From the UHGV virus genome UHGV-0087418: 64,000 nt of DNA; one strand, 5' to 3'. The notes beneath the pieces are model-generated. The model was not told the origin of the DNA, ran no database searches, and saw only the letters and a program-made list of their open reading frames with translations. Positions 39,251 to 49,119 of the stretch are shown here, piece after piece. The stretch's first letter is position 1. The number at the start of each line of letters is the position of its first letter. The position numbers were made by a program, and so were the translations under genes. This DNA comes from a virus.

Positions 39251-39520
39251 TTATCTAAGTAAGCAGTATGCTTGGAACACTTTCTCCATCATCTTTTTAA
39301 ATTCATGAATATCTATATAATGACTAGTTAAATCAGCATGATATAAAAAGTCTAAAAACTTTTCATGCGTGCTAGCATATTCACTTTCATTTAATTCAGA
39401 AACATGACTTTCCCAATATCCAACACCAGTCTTATTTGGGAAAAATGAAATTTTCATGTATTGGTCAACATAGAAAATACCAAAATTTTCAATAGCCATA
39501 GAAATATTAATAAATTTCAT
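39251..39520 (-). CDS. hypothetical protein
   Basis: 89-aa ORF. Confidence 0.4.
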   Translation of the reverse strand: MKFINISMAIENFGIFYVDQYMKISFFPNKTGVGYWESHVSELNESEYASTHEKFLDFLYHADLTSHYIDIHEFKKMMEKVFQAYCLLR

Positions 39521-39738
39521 ACATTCATCAACTTAGCCGCTTCAAGAGCTGCATCTAGTGAATCAAACTGGTCAACATATTCAATCAATTCGCCATAATT
39601 AGCGTATAACCACCATTGACTAAATTCATACTCAAGGATGAATCCATTTCCTTCAATTTGAGTTAAACCAATGCCATTTGTATTTACTTCATATCCGGCA
39701 AGACGCAAATCGTTAATAAGAGCTTCGTTCATATTCAT
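39517..39738 (-). CDS. hypothetical protein
   Basis: 73-aa ORF. Confidence 0.4.
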   Translation of the reverse strand: MNMNEALINDLRLAGYEVNTNGIGLTQIEGNGFILEYEFSQWWLYANYGELIEYVDQFDSLDAALEAAKLMNV

Positions 39739-40061
39739 ACCTTAGCAATTTTCAGGTCAGCAAATTTTTTCTTGCGTTGATTTTTCATACGACGAATAGT
39801 TTTATCGGAAATTTCATGCTTTTGATAAGCTTTAGATTCTACGCCAAAAGCTTTAACATCAAATTCTGACAAGATATATTGAACCAACAATTCGCGGACA
39901 GTATTGCGTCCAATCTTCTGATCGTTCTGTTTCATCGTCTGATGAAGCTCTTTTTCCCATTTATCCAAAATTTGAGGAGTTACAATATCGCCTTTTTCTA
40001 GCAAAGAAACTACTTTATCATATGCGTAAGAATTGATGGCGTTTTTAATTTGAATAGTCAT
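39735..40061 (-). CDS. hypothetical protein
   Basis: 108-aa ORF, basic C-terminus. Confidence 0.4.
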   Translation of the reverse strand: MTIQIKNAINSYAYDKVVSLLEKGDIVTPQILDKWEKELHQTMKQNDQKIGRNTVRELLVQYILSEFDVKAFGVESKAYQKHEISDKTIRRMKNQRKKKFADLKIAKV

Positions 40062-40100
40062 ACATTATCCTCAATTGCGTTAAAATTTTATTATCCAAAA

Positions 40101-40114
40101 AGGGCCGAAGCCCT
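40101..40114 (-). terminator. Stem-loop with UUCG tetraloop
   Basis: agggccgaagccct followed by a T-rich tract on the minus strand. Confidence 0.5.
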
Positions 40115-40314
40115 TAGCTAAACCGTTTGGCACCCTTCCAGCCTTCGTACATCATTGCAACTGACAATGACAAAGCTCCTTCACATGCTGCATACTTATT
40201 ATTCCAGAACCAATTTAGAAAAACTTCATCCTCAATACCATTGTGTTTCATGTTCTGGAAAAATTTGGCACGTTCTTCAGCAATTCGTTGTGATAATTTA
40301 GATTCAGGATTCAT
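40114..40314 (-). CDS. hypothetical protein
   Basis: 66-aa ORF. Confidence 0.35.
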   Translation of the reverse strand: MNPESKLSQRIAEERAKFFQNMKHNGIEDEVFLNWFWNNKYAACEGALSLSVAMMYEGWKGAKRFS

Positions 40315-40530
40315 TTAAATTTTCCAGTTACCATTTTCATCAATAAATTTAATCCAGTCATTTACTGACCACTTGGTCGTATCGCCCTTTGGAGCAACAT
40401 TTAAAATGTATAATCCTTGTTTAAAAAGCATGCGTTTGATATTCATATTTTCCTCAGCTGTAACGATAGCACTCGTTTGATTTACGCTTAGCAACTCGTT
40501 GAGAAGTATTATAATCAAAATCATCGTCAA
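40315..40530 (-). CDS. hypothetical protein
   Basis: 71-aa ORF. Confidence 0.35.
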   Translation of the reverse strand: MTMILIIILLNELLSVNQTSAIVTAEENMNIKRMLFKQGLYILNVAPKGDTTKWSVNDWIKFIDENGNWKI

Positions 40531-40792
40531 TGTAAACTGATTTTTTCAACTTTCTTACTTCACCACGTAATTGGCGATTTAGCTCATCTTTAACTTCTGA
40601 ATCGATGCCTTTCATTCTACGCCATTTATCAGAGCGAAAAATGTTTTCAACCATATCTTTATGACTTACACCATCAGGAGCTTTACGCTTTCCGAAATAG
40701 TCATAATCACGTACTTTTAAATCTTTACGACGATACGTTTTACCCATGGAGTTTAATTTCCTTAGCAACTGAACTAAATACAGCACGATCAC
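40454..40792 (-). CDS. hypothetical basic protein
   Basis: 112-aa ORF; start is probably the internal MGKTYRRKDLKV... Confidence 0.35.
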   Translation of the reverse strand: MIVLYLVQLLRKLNSMGKTYRRKDLKVRDYDYFGKRKAPDGVSHKDMVENIFRSDKWRRMKGIDSEVKDELNRQLRGEVRKLKKSVYIDDDFDYNTSQRVAKRKSNECYRYS

Positions 40793-41074
40793 AAATCAAG
40801 CGTTTATTCCATTTAAGTAAAGTATAGTGAACCTCAAAATCATCTACTGCTGTAACAATAACGATATGTCCGTTAACACGATAATACTGATCTCTTTTAA
40901 TCTCTTTATCAACCATATCAAATCCTCAAAGGCAATTCATATGTTAATAATACCACAGTTTGAACTTGTTGTAAACAACTTTGTGAAAATTATTTTAGGG
41001 AATGATAAGAAGGGAACGATAGCTTAGAATGGTAATATACAGAATGTGAGAAAGAAAGGCCCAGAGGGCCCGTC

Positions 41075-41398
41075 TTAGTCTTCTATGATATCTCTATCAT
41101 ATCCAAGTGAAATGAGAGTTTCTTTGAAGTGTTTAATGTTCTTTTGTCTAGAATCATTAATGAAAATGACTGGATAACGAATGTTAAGAGATGTGAATCC
41201 AGCGCGTTTAGCAAGAGATACAATCAGTGGACGATCATACTCAATCTTACCATTATTTGTAAGAACTTTATAGAAAGTAAAAGGAGCATTGAGCTCCTTT
41301 AGAAGTTTTGTAACTGATTGACATCCAGGACAACGACCTACTTCATCTGGAATTCCATAGACTTCAATCTTATTCTTTAAGTTCGAGTTTTGTTCCAC
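41075..41398 (-). CDS. nrdH: glutaredoxin-like protein (NrdH-like)
   Basis: CPGC redox motif in KIEVYGIPDEVGRCPGCQSV; start uncertain (possible GTG at 41396-41398), since the ORF-track N-terminus overlaps another frame. Confidence 0.5.
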   Translation of the reverse strand: MEQNSNLKNKIEVYGIPDEVGRCPGCQSVTKLLKELNAPFTFYKVLTNNGKIEYDRPLIVSLAKRAGFTSLNIRYPVIFINDSRQKNIKHFKETLISLGYDRDIIED

Positions 41399-41681
41399 GA
41401 GAAATAATTCCTTGATAAGTCCAGTATGGCGGGTTAACAGAATCCTCACCAGAATTTTCTTCAGGAAAATAAACCTGGATAACAAATCCAGATGCATCAA
41501 AGGTAAAATAAACCGTAGGTAATTCACCTAACAATTCAGCACGATTATTAATTTCTTCGAGTTCTCGTTCTCGTCCAGCCCAAAAACTAGGATTTAGACT
41601 ACATTCATAGAAATAATAGTCATTACCGAACATATCAAAACCCTTCCAACTCTCTACCACATACCGCTCAAAACTAATCAT
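41370..41681 (-). CDS. hypothetical protein
   Basis: 103-aa ORF. Confidence 0.4.
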   Translation of the reverse strand: MISFERYVVESWKGFDMFGNDYYFYECSLNPSFWAGRERELEEINNRAELLGELPTVYFTFDASGFVIQVYFPEENSGEDSVNPPYWTYQGIISRGTKLELKE

Positions 41682-41683
41682 AA

Positions 41684-41899
41684 TTAATCCTTTTTATCAA
41701 GAACAGCATTCAGCTTATTAGTAATTTTATCCAGACGCTCATTGAACTCGCTAGAAGATAGACCTTTTTCTGGAGAAATCAAACTAATCACGAAAAATAT
41801 AACAATAAAAGGAATAAGGAAAATAGCTCCAACTGCCATAAACAAAAAGAATGTTACAGTTGTAAGAAAATCAGCTAAACCTTTACGAAATTTATACAT
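41684..41899 (-). CDS. small membrane protein
   Basis: 71 aa with one hydrophobic segment. Confidence 0.4.
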   Translation of the reverse strand: MYKFRKGLADFLTTVTFFLFMAVGAIFLIPFIVIFFVISLISPEKGLSSSEFNERLDKITNKLNAVLDKKD

Positions 41900-42014
41900 A
41901 TTTTACCCTTAATTGATTAACCAAGCATTGATAAGCACTAAACTATATTGCGAATAAAATTCTGGGCCAAAATGAAAAATCATATCATTTATAGTGTCCA
42001 TAATATAATTCAAT

Positions 42015-42485
42015 TTAATCATGTTTCCACACCCCATCGGTATTTGACCAAAGTCGCTGATTATCTGATCCTCGCCACAACTTTTTGGTCGGAAGATTTT
42101 TCTCATACTTCCCATCAATAATAACATCAACATATTTAAGCATTTCTAGTTGTTTAATATCTTCAAACTTATATCCTGTCCACAACCAAATGCTTTTATT
42201 TGGATAAAGATTTTTTACTGTTTGAACAATGCAATGAATAACATCTCGGTTATCAGGATAGAGAGGGTCTCCTCCAGTTATAGTTAATCCTTCTATATAA
42301 TCATTATTCAAACATTCAATTAATTGTTCCAGCGTTTCACCAGTGAATGGAATACCATTTCTAGCGTTCCATGTTGATTTATTATAACACCCTTCGCATT
42401 TATGCAAACAACCTGTAACGAAAAGAACGACCCTGCATCCAGGGCCATTCACAAAATCACAAGGATAAAATCTATCATAATTCAT
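42015..42485 (-). CDS. nrdG: anaerobic ribonucleotide reductase activating protein (radical SAM)
   Basis: 156 aa; CxxxCxxC-type cluster motif GCLHKCEGC; adjacent to nrdD. Confidence 0.85.
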   Translation of the reverse strand: MNYDRFYPCDFVNGPGCRVVLFVTGCLHKCEGCYNKSTWNARNGIPFTGETLEQLIECLNNDYIEGLTITGGDPLYPDNRDVIHCIVQTVKNLYPNKSIWLWTGYKFEDIKQLEMLKYVDVIIDGKYEKNLPTKKLWRGSDNQRLWSNTDGVWKHD

Positions 42486-44299
42486 TGGTGTTTAACCCTA
42501 TGCATGATTTCTTTATTTTTTCCAAGATTAAATCCGCGTTCATTCGGATTTCCCAAATAGCCACAAGTTCTTCTTATTGTGTTCATCTTTTTAGGATCAG
42601 TTTCTCCACAAATAGAACAAACAAACCCGTTTTCAGTAGGAGTCATTTCATGGGTACTTCCGCATGTAAAACATTTATCTACTGGCATATTAACACCAAA
42701 ATAATCTAAATGTTGTGCAGCATAATCCCATACAGCCTCAAGACCTTTTAGGTTATTTTTCATATCAGGAAGTTCAACATAAGAAATGTGACCACCTGTC
42801 GCAATGAAATGATATGGGGCTTCGCGAGAAATCTTTTCAAACGGAGTAATATTTTCTTCTACTGAAACATGGAAACTATTAGTGTACCAGCCTTTATCAG
42901 TAACATCCTTTACACTTCCATATTTCTCAGTATCAAGTTTACAGAAGCGATAGCACAGGTTTTCAGCAGGAGTAGAATACAAGCTAAAAGCAAAACCGGT
43001 TCTTTCAGTCCACTGCTTAAGACGAGCATTCATTTTAGTTAAAATTTCCTGTCCAATATCACGACCGGCAAGAATATTCAATTCGTGAATACCAATGTAT
43101 CCTAGGGACACTGAACTTCTACCGTTTTTAAATAACTCAATTATGTCGTCATCAGGTTTAAGACGAACCCCGAATGCACCTTCTTGGTAAAGAATAGGAG
43201 CAACAGTCGCTTTAACTCCTTTTAAGGAACTAATTCTACACATCAAAGCTTCAAAACACAAATCCATTCGTTCATTGAACAATTCGGCAAATTTCTGTTC
43301 ATTGAACTGTGTTCCAATATAAGAATCTAATGCAATACGAGGAAGATTCAGTGTTACAACACCAAGATTATTACGTCCATCAAGAATTTCATTACCAGTC
43401 GAATCTTTCCATACGCTCAAGAAACTACGACATCCCATTGGAGAAACAGGAATAGATGAACCAGTGATAGCTTTATTGTTCTTAGCTGAAATAATATCAG
43501 GATACATTCTTTTGCTTGCACACTCTAAAGCAAGCTGCTTAATATCATAGTTCGGATCGTCTTTATAAAGATTAACGCCTTCTTCAACGAACATAACAAG
43601 CTTAGGGAAAATAGGAGTTATCCCATCGCGACCAAGACCTTTAATACGATTTTTCAGAATTGCTTTCTGAATCATTCGTTCAGTCCAGTCAGTTCCCGTA
43701 CCAAACGTAATTGTTACAAAAGGTGTTTGTCCGTTTGAACTAAAGAGAGTATTTACTTCATATTCATAAGCTTGGAATGCATCGTATACGTCTTTTTCTG
43801 TTTTAGATTGGGCATAATTCAATGCATCAGCGATTTGCCATTTTTCTGCATCCTCAATATGTTTTGCATAGGTGCGTTTAACATAAGGAGAAAGTACTTT
43901 ATCTACATTCGCAAAAGTCGTTCCGCCATATTGATGAGAAGCAACCTGTGCAGTAATTTGTGCCATAATTGCAGTAGCAACGCCGATTGATTTAGGAGTT
44001 TCAATCTGCGCATTACCGAGCTTAAATCCATTCTCAAGCATTCCTTTTAAATCTACTAAACAGCAATTAGTAAATGGAAGAGCAGGGGAATAATCAATAT
44101 CGTGGAAATGGATAATTCCGCTTTCATGCGCTTTCATAATAAAAGACGGGACCATATTTTTGGCAATGTGTTTAGACACAATACCAGCCATAAGGTCCCG
44201 TTGAGTTGGAAAAACACGAGAATCTTTATTAGCATTCTCGTTTAAAAGGTCTTTATTAGTTTTATGAATCAATCCTTCAATTTCTTTTTCAATCGTCAT
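42482..44299 (-). CDS. nrdD: anaerobic ribonucleoside-triphosphate reductase (class III, glycyl radical)
   Basis: 605 aa uninterrupted; C-terminal glycyl-radical motif RRTCGYLG and Zn-ribbon CxxC...CxxC; no intron or I-TevII-like ORF. Confidence 0.9.
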   Translation of the reverse strand: MTIEKEIEGLIHKTNKDLLNENANKDSRVFPTQRDLMAGIVSKHIAKNMVPSFIMKAHESGIIHFHDIDYSPALPFTNCCLVDLKGMLENGFKLGNAQIETPKSIGVATAIMAQITAQVASHQYGGTTFANVDKVLSPYVKRTYAKHIEDAEKWQIADALNYAQSKTEKDVYDAFQAYEYEVNTLFSSNGQTPFVTITFGTGTDWTERMIQKAILKNRIKGLGRDGITPIFPKLVMFVEEGVNLYKDDPNYDIKQLALECASKRMYPDIISAKNNKAITGSSIPVSPMGCRSFLSVWKDSTGNEILDGRNNLGVVTLNLPRIALDSYIGTQFNEQKFAELFNERMDLCFEALMCRISSLKGVKATVAPILYQEGAFGVRLKPDDDIIELFKNGRSSVSLGYIGIHELNILAGRDIGQEILTKMNARLKQWTERTGFAFSLYSTPAENLCYRFCKLDTEKYGSVKDVTDKGWYTNSFHVSVEENITPFEKISREAPYHFIATGGHISYVELPDMKNNLKGLEAVWDYAAQHLDYFGVNMPVDKCFTCGSTHEMTPTENGFVCSICGETDPKKMNTIRRTCGYLGNPNERGFNLGKNKEIMHRVKHQ

Positions 44300-44769
44300 T
44301 TTAAACTCTTTCTAAGCTGCTTCTTAAATGAAGCTATTAATTGTGTTTTAGTGTCAGATTCATTATATTCAAATCCTCTTTGAAGCATCTCAGCCATCAT
44401 TTCCTCTTTTCCTAAACGAGAAAATTCCTTTGATTTATCTCCAACGAAGTTAGGGTGAATATTATTTTGGGTGTAATCGGATTTTAAATAAGTAAGTAAA
44501 TTTTCTAACCATTCAAGATAATCAACGCCTTGCCCCTTTAAGCCAGAACGATTAAATTTGTGTTTCATTTGACCTTCCGCTGCATTGCAGAGATTACAGA
44601 GCAATCCACGTACCTTTCCTGCTTTTGGTCCATTTAATTCATGGTCATGGTCAAGGTGATTAGCTTGAACATCAGGATTTAGTTCTCGTTGGCAAATTAA
44701 GCATTTACCGTTTTGTGCGTTATAAAATTTCTGTTTTTCTTCTTTGTATAATTTGCCAGTCAATAACAT
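44296..44769 (-). CDS. 49: endonuclease VII (Holliday-junction resolvase)
   Basis: 157 aa; zinc-binding CLICQ...HLDHDHELNG motif; same length as T4 gp49. Confidence 0.85.
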   Translation of the reverse strand: MLLTGKLYKEEKQKFYNAQNGKCLICQRELNPDVQANHLDHDHELNGPKAGKVRGLLCNLCNAAEGQMKHKFNRSGLKGQGVDYLEWLENLLTYLKSDYTQNNIHPNFVGDKSKEFSRLGKEEMMAEMLQRGFEYNESDTKTQLIASFKKQLRKSLK

Positions 44770-44811
44770 AATAAAACCCTTACCTTGAATAGATAAGGGT
44801 ATTTATTATTT

Positions 44812-44988
44812 TCAAGTATTGTAAAACATTCGATGCAATCGCTTATATTGTCGAATCATCTTTTTAGTAGGACGAGAATAAGTTCCTACACAAGTGGTCA
44901 TATTAGGGTCAGTAGGACTTCCTTTAATAAAAAGTTTCCAGACTTTACCACCATTTAGCTTTTCAGTATAAATCAATTCAGTTTTCAT
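44812..44988 (-). CDS. small hypothetical protein (about 58 aa)
   Basis: Hand-translated MKTELIYTEKLNGGKVWKLFIKGSPTDPNM...; TAATG overlap with the upstream gene. Confidence 0.3.
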   Translation of the reverse strand: MKTELIYTEKLNGGKVWKLFIKGSPTDPNMTTCVGTYSRPTKKMIRQYKRLHRMFYNT

Positions 44989-45452
44989 TAGAATGGCCTA
45001 TCAGAAAAAGAAATTTGAGTTTCAAGCCATTCAATATATTCTGCCGCAGCTTGCATCAAATTTCCTTCATAACCATCGTTATTTTCTTGTGCAGCTAATT
45101 TAGCTAATGCGTATGAAATACGTTCACCTTGAAAAGCGGCTTCAGGCTTCCGAATAACTTGACTAGTTCGTTCTACAACTTCTTCAATTTCGCCATTTTC
45201 CGCTGATTCAGTATTCCACAAGCACCAGTATGTAATTGGCTTATCGTAGATGTTAATAATCTTTCCATCAGAAAGTTCAATTTCAATAATTCCAGTATCA
45301 GGTTCTATGTCATCTTCACATTCTTTTACAAGTTCACGAACTTTAAAGACAGTACCTGCACTAAGTTCCGGCCAGTAATTACACAGCCCTTTATCAGCAC
45401 GATTAATTCTAAACCACTTATCTACTGCAATCATATCCCATCTCCATATCAA
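44988..45452 (-). CDS. hypothetical protein (pin-like position)
   Basis: 154-aa ORF between 49 and nrdC. Confidence 0.4.
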   Translation of the reverse strand: MIWRWDMIAVDKWFRINRADKGLCNYWPELSAGTVFKVRELVKECEDDIEPDTGIIEIELSDGKIINIYDKPITYWCLWNTESAENGEIEEVVERTSQVIRKPEAAFQGERISYALAKLAAQENNDGYEGNLMQAAAEYIEWLETQISFSDRPF

Positions 45453-45557
45453 TTAAGTCGTTTATCGTTGGTTCATTATATACTGTTTCTTCATCAGTGT
45501 AAACCGGTTCTTCCGGCTCTGGCTCCACAGTTTCCCATCTAGCCGCCCACCAAGGTT

Positions 45558-45878
45558 TTATAGCGTAATCCATTCTCGTACTGTCTGAGTTACTACACGT
45601 TCACGGGGCTCGACTAGTTCAACAGTCGGAACTGCATAATACCAGTCAGAATGGTAAGAACCTGAGCGAGTTTCATTTACAGACACATGAACGTTATGTT
45701 TTGGACTAAAATAAATGCACTGTCGATATTGGCATTTGCCGTCTTGTACCCAATCTTCTATTTCGATAGGTTTAAGATAATCTGAAAAATCGAAATCATA
45801 ATTTTCTGAAAATGCATCATGGTCTTCAATGATTTCACTCAGAACTGCATCAACATCTAATTTATTTTCAATATTCAT
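45558..45878 (-). CDS. hypothetical protein
   Basis: 106-aa ORF. Confidence 0.4.
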   Translation of the reverse strand: MNIENKLDVDAVLSEIIEDHDAFSENYDFDFSDYLKPIEIEDWVQDGKCQYRQCIYFSPKHNVHVSVNETRSGSYHSDWYYAVPTVELVEPRERVVTQTVREWITL

Positions 45879-45888
45879 TTTTCACCAA

Positions 45889-46098
45889 TTAATTTCGCAA
45901 TTTATTAAGTTCTTCATAATCAATCCAGGATTCTAGTCCTGATGGCAAATCAGATTCAATTTCCCAAAGAAGTTCTTCAATTTTCTGAAGACGATCTAAT
46001 TCTTCAGCAGGAATAGTAACCATTGACGGAGTTCTTGATACGCTAATATCGTAAATCATATTTACCCCAGTTTGACCATACAATCGCCATATTTCCAT
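45889..46098 (-). CDS. hypothetical protein
   Basis: 69-aa ORF. Confidence 0.35.
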   Translation of the reverse strand: MEIWRLYGQTGVNMIYDISVSRTPSMVTIPAEELDRLQKIEELLWEIESDLPSGLESWIDYEELNKLRN

Positions 46099-46277
46099 TT
46101 AGAAATAGACTTTTCACCATTAGAATAATAAACTTCAAGTTTAGCACGGTTATTTTTAATTTGAATAACCTTGGCTGTCATCAAAGTTCCATACCCATAG
46201 TAAACTGCAACTTCATCACCTACATATACCGCGCTTCCGCGGTAGTCATGGATATAATCAGTTCCTTCGAGCATCAT
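46062..46277 (-). CDS. hypothetical protein
   Basis: 71-aa ORF. Confidence 0.35.
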   Translation of the reverse strand: MMLEGTDYIHDYRGSAVYVGDEVAVYYGYGTLMTAKVIQIKNNRAKLEVYYSNGEKSISKWKYGDCMVKLG

Positions 46278-46537
46278 TTAAAGTATTCCCGCAATTGGTC
46301 AAATCCGCCAATATGACTTCCATCAGGAGCAAATACTTGTGGCATCGTCAAACCAATTTGAGTATCACGACCTAGTTTCGTCAGAAGTTCAGCGATTTTC
46401 TCATCATCAAAAACACCTTTTTCCGGCATAATGTTGATAAATTCAAACGGCTGTTTCTTCACAGTCAAAAGACGTTTTGCATTATCACAATACACGCATT
46501 TATGGATACTGCTATCATAACCATATACTTTAAACAT
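46274..46537 (-). CDS. nrdC: glutaredoxin/thioredoxin (electron donor for ribonucleotide reductase)
   Basis: 87 aa, MFKVYGYDS.IHKCVYCDNAKRLL... with CVYC active site; essentially the T4 NrdC sequence as I recall it. Confidence 0.85.
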   Translation of the reverse strand: MFKVYGYDSSIHKCVYCDNAKRLLTVKKQPFEFINIMPEKGVFDDEKIAELLTKLGRDTQIGLTMPQVFAPDGSHIGGFDQLREYFK

Positions 46538-46538
46538 A

Positions 46539-46796
46539 TTATTCCTTAATTCCTAGTACTTGTTTAAAAGTCTCGTCGTAATCAAGACTTTGGCCAGTTT
46601 GTTCTTTATGTTTGTATATAATATCACTTACTTCTGATAGCATATTTTTATATGAACGGGTTAAAGCAGATTTAAGCACGCTGTATCTATCAGGAAATTT
46701 ACCGTGTTCATTATAATACGCTATTGCTAATTCACGGACTGCCTTTTCAGCAGTCTCCATATATTCTTTACGCTTTGTCATTTTCTTCTCGGTCAA
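46539..46796 (-). CDS. hypothetical protein
   Basis: 85-aa ORF. Confidence 0.4.
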
Positions 46797-47085
46797 ATCG
46801 GTGTTTACAATGACGACATTTATAACGAAGATTACTAGTCTGCCAATGAACTAATTGTACCTGTTCAGTACCGCATTCAGGACAATTAGGAACGTTTTTA
46901 GAAGCCCTTTCGCGGCGTTCAACCATAGCCATAATGGCATCCCATGCTGGAGGTTTAAAATCTAAATCGTCACAACCATGAATCTTTCCACGCATTTCCA
47001 GATCGTCTTCTTCACCAGCCATAATAATTTTAATTAGACTGGAATTACTTGAAGCTGCAATATCTTCTAATAGACGCTTTTTCAT
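46768..47085 (-). CDS. hypothetical zinc-ribbon protein
   Basis: 105 aa; CPECG...CRHC near the C-terminus. Confidence 0.4.
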
Positions 47086-48008
47086 TTCAGCACCTCAATA
47101 GCATCACGTAAACCATCTGCTTTGGCGGTTAAAGCCTTAAGAACTTTAGTATGCTCTTCAATCTGTTTTTCAACTTCAATCAAACGAGCACTGAGATATT
47201 CACGTTCTTCTTTCATAGTATCATTCCCATGATTGTGCTTTGGTGTAGGTTTAAATTCGCTGGGGTCCTTTAACTTAATAACAAATTTAGTTTCAAACAG
47301 TGAAAGACCATAATTCGTATTATCATCAAAGGATTTAACTACATCCATATTAGATAATAACTCACGCAAATTATAAGCCAAAGAACTAATAGTTTCATTG
47401 TGTTTATTAGCTTCGTGCGGTTTCATATACGGAAGATTTTTATATATCTCGTGCGGAGCACAAATGATAATTGATAATTCAAATTGTCCATTCTGGGATG
47501 ATGGAGTGAATTTAGCAGTAACCCAGTCTTTTACATTCACATTAATAGTACGATTATCACCATGACAAAACAGTCTACGAGAATGCTTAAAAAGCATATT
47601 AACGTTCTCATTAAATTCACCTGAAAACTCACTAGCGAATTTTTCTTTACTATTTTTAGAAAACCATTCTTCTAAATAAGTTCTTTTCACGTCATTAATA
47701 ATATTAAATGTAACAACATTAGCATTTGATACATTAGTCTCAATGTAGCTTGGATACATAAATTTTTTAACATTATTAACAGCTATTACAGAAGATAGTA
47801 ATCGGGAACGTTTGAACCACTCTAGCAAAGAACCAAGAGAATGTGAATATGCATTTTGTGTATCTTTACAAATATGGTTTTCCCATCCAATATAGTCTAA
47901 AAAATCACGAAGAATATTATTGATTACTGCTCTGTGTCCGATCTGATAATTACGGTGTTTAGTAATAAGGCTGTCAAAATAATCAATATAATGTTTACGA
48001 GTTTTCAT
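47082..48008 (-). CDS. hypothetical protein, member 1 of a four-gene tandem paralogue array, coiled-coil C-terminus
   Basis: 308 aa; shares the R(R/I)xxxxFxxFxKQL-type mid-region motif and a C-terminal heptad tail with the next three ORFs. Confidence 0.5.
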   Translation of the reverse strand: MKTRKHYIDYFDSLITKHRNYQIGHRAVINNILRDFLDYIGWENHICKDTQNAYSHSLGSLLEWFKRSRLLSSVIAVNNVKKFMYPSYIETNVSNANVVTFNIINDVKRTYLEEWFSKNSKEKFASEFSGEFNENVNMLFKHSRRLFCHGDNRTINVNVKDWVTAKFTPSSQNGQFELSIIICAPHEIYKNLPYMKPHEANKHNETISSLAYNLRELLSNMDVVKSFDDNTNYGLSLFETKFVIKLKDPSEFKPTPKHNHGNDTMKEEREYLSARLIEVEKQIEEHTKVLKALTAKADGLRDAIEVLK

Positions 48009-48060
48009 GTTCTTCTCACTTGGTTAATGATTTATACTCCGAGCCATCCTTGGCTTTAAA

Positions 48061-49092
48061 TTACTTAATTAACTGTAAAGCTTGTTCAAGACGATCCAGG
48101 CGATTAACAGATTCTTCCCAAATCCTTTTAGCCTGCTCATAATCTTTCTGCGCTTTATTAGAAATTTCTAGAACTTCTTTATAAGCTTTTTCTAGTGCAA
48201 TAACTTCTGGACGAATTTCTACCGGTTCAGGTGAATCGTCAAGACATTCCATTAGTTCCTCAAGGGTAGTTTCTTCTTTAGGAGTATTCACAATTTCATC
48301 ACATTTTTGTTGGTAAATTTCTTTATCAGTCGGTGAGTACGCACACTTTACTTCACGGAGACTAACTACAATTTTATATCCTTCCCAACCGCATATATTC
48401 TTAAAAGGATAAGTATGAATATTTTCTACTGTTTCCATACAAAGTAATGCGGTCTCTAACTGACGAGTTATATCGCTAGCAATTGAGAAAAATTTATTAA
48501 TGTTCTTTTGATTAGCTTCTGGTGTAAAAAATTCATAATTCACAAAAATAGCTGCTTTATTTTTATCAAGCTCATATTCTTTTATGATAATCATATCAGA
48601 AGCCCAAGGATGGATTTGACGATAATCACCATAGCATAATTTAGAAGCTGATTTTAGAAGTTGCTTCTTGAAAAGTCTGAAATTACTAATCCAACGACGA
48701 GTAAAAATATTCTCAGGGTCTTCTTTATTATTAAGATGATAAGAATTAACATCACCGAACCAATTATATCCTACTACATCTTTAGTTCGTTTAATTTCTT
48801 TCCCAAATTTACTAAGAATATCTCTGTTGACTAAGTATGAAAGAAGACGAGAACCTTTAAAGGTTTCCTTAATATCATCTTTATATTCGCAACTAGAAAT
48901 TTTATGAACTTCATGAATAAATTTGTCGGAAGAAACAATACTTGCATCAGTATTGTTGAGCCACTGATTGATAATAGAAAGAACACTATTCTGACTAGAC
49001 ATAGATTTAACTTTATCATCAATAACGCTATTGAATGATTTGATATATTCGTTACGAGTCATATTAATCTCCTCAGTAGAAAGTAAGAACAT
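48061..49092 (-). CDS. hypothetical protein, paralogue array member 2
   Basis: 343 aa; C-terminal coiled coil ...KRIWEESVNRLDRLEQALQLIK. Confidence 0.5.
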   Translation of the reverse strand: MFLLSTEEINMTRNEYIKSFNSVIDDKVKSMSSQNSVLSIINQWLNNTDASIVSSDKFIHEVHKISSCEYKDDIKETFKGSRLLSYLVNRDILSKFGKEIKRTKDVVGYNWFGDVNSYHLNNKEDPENIFTRRWISNFRLFKKQLLKSASKLCYGDYRQIHPWASDMIIIKEYELDKNKAAIFVNYEFFTPEANQKNINKFFSIASDITRQLETALLCMETVENIHTYPFKNICGWEGYKIVVSLREVKCAYSPTDKEIYQQKCDEIVNTPKEETTLEELMECLDDSPEPVEIRPEVIALEKAYKEVLEISNKAQKDYEQAKRIWEESVNRLDRLEQALQLIK

Positions 49093-49119
49093 TATACCAC
49101 ATCCTTGTGGCGAAGTAAA

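Noticed and set aside
41909-42133. 74-aa minus-strand ORF overlapping the 3' end of nrdG
   Set aside because: Overlaps nrdG by about 120 nt in another frame with no independent start signal; probably not a gene.
42482-44299. Group I intron with I-TevII in nrdD
   Set aside because: nrdD is one uninterrupted 605-aa reading frame; no intron-like structured insert or embedded endonuclease ORF.
48831-49022. 63-aa ORF inside paralogue 2 (48061-49092)
   Set aside because: Fully embedded in a longer coding ORF on the same strand in a different frame.
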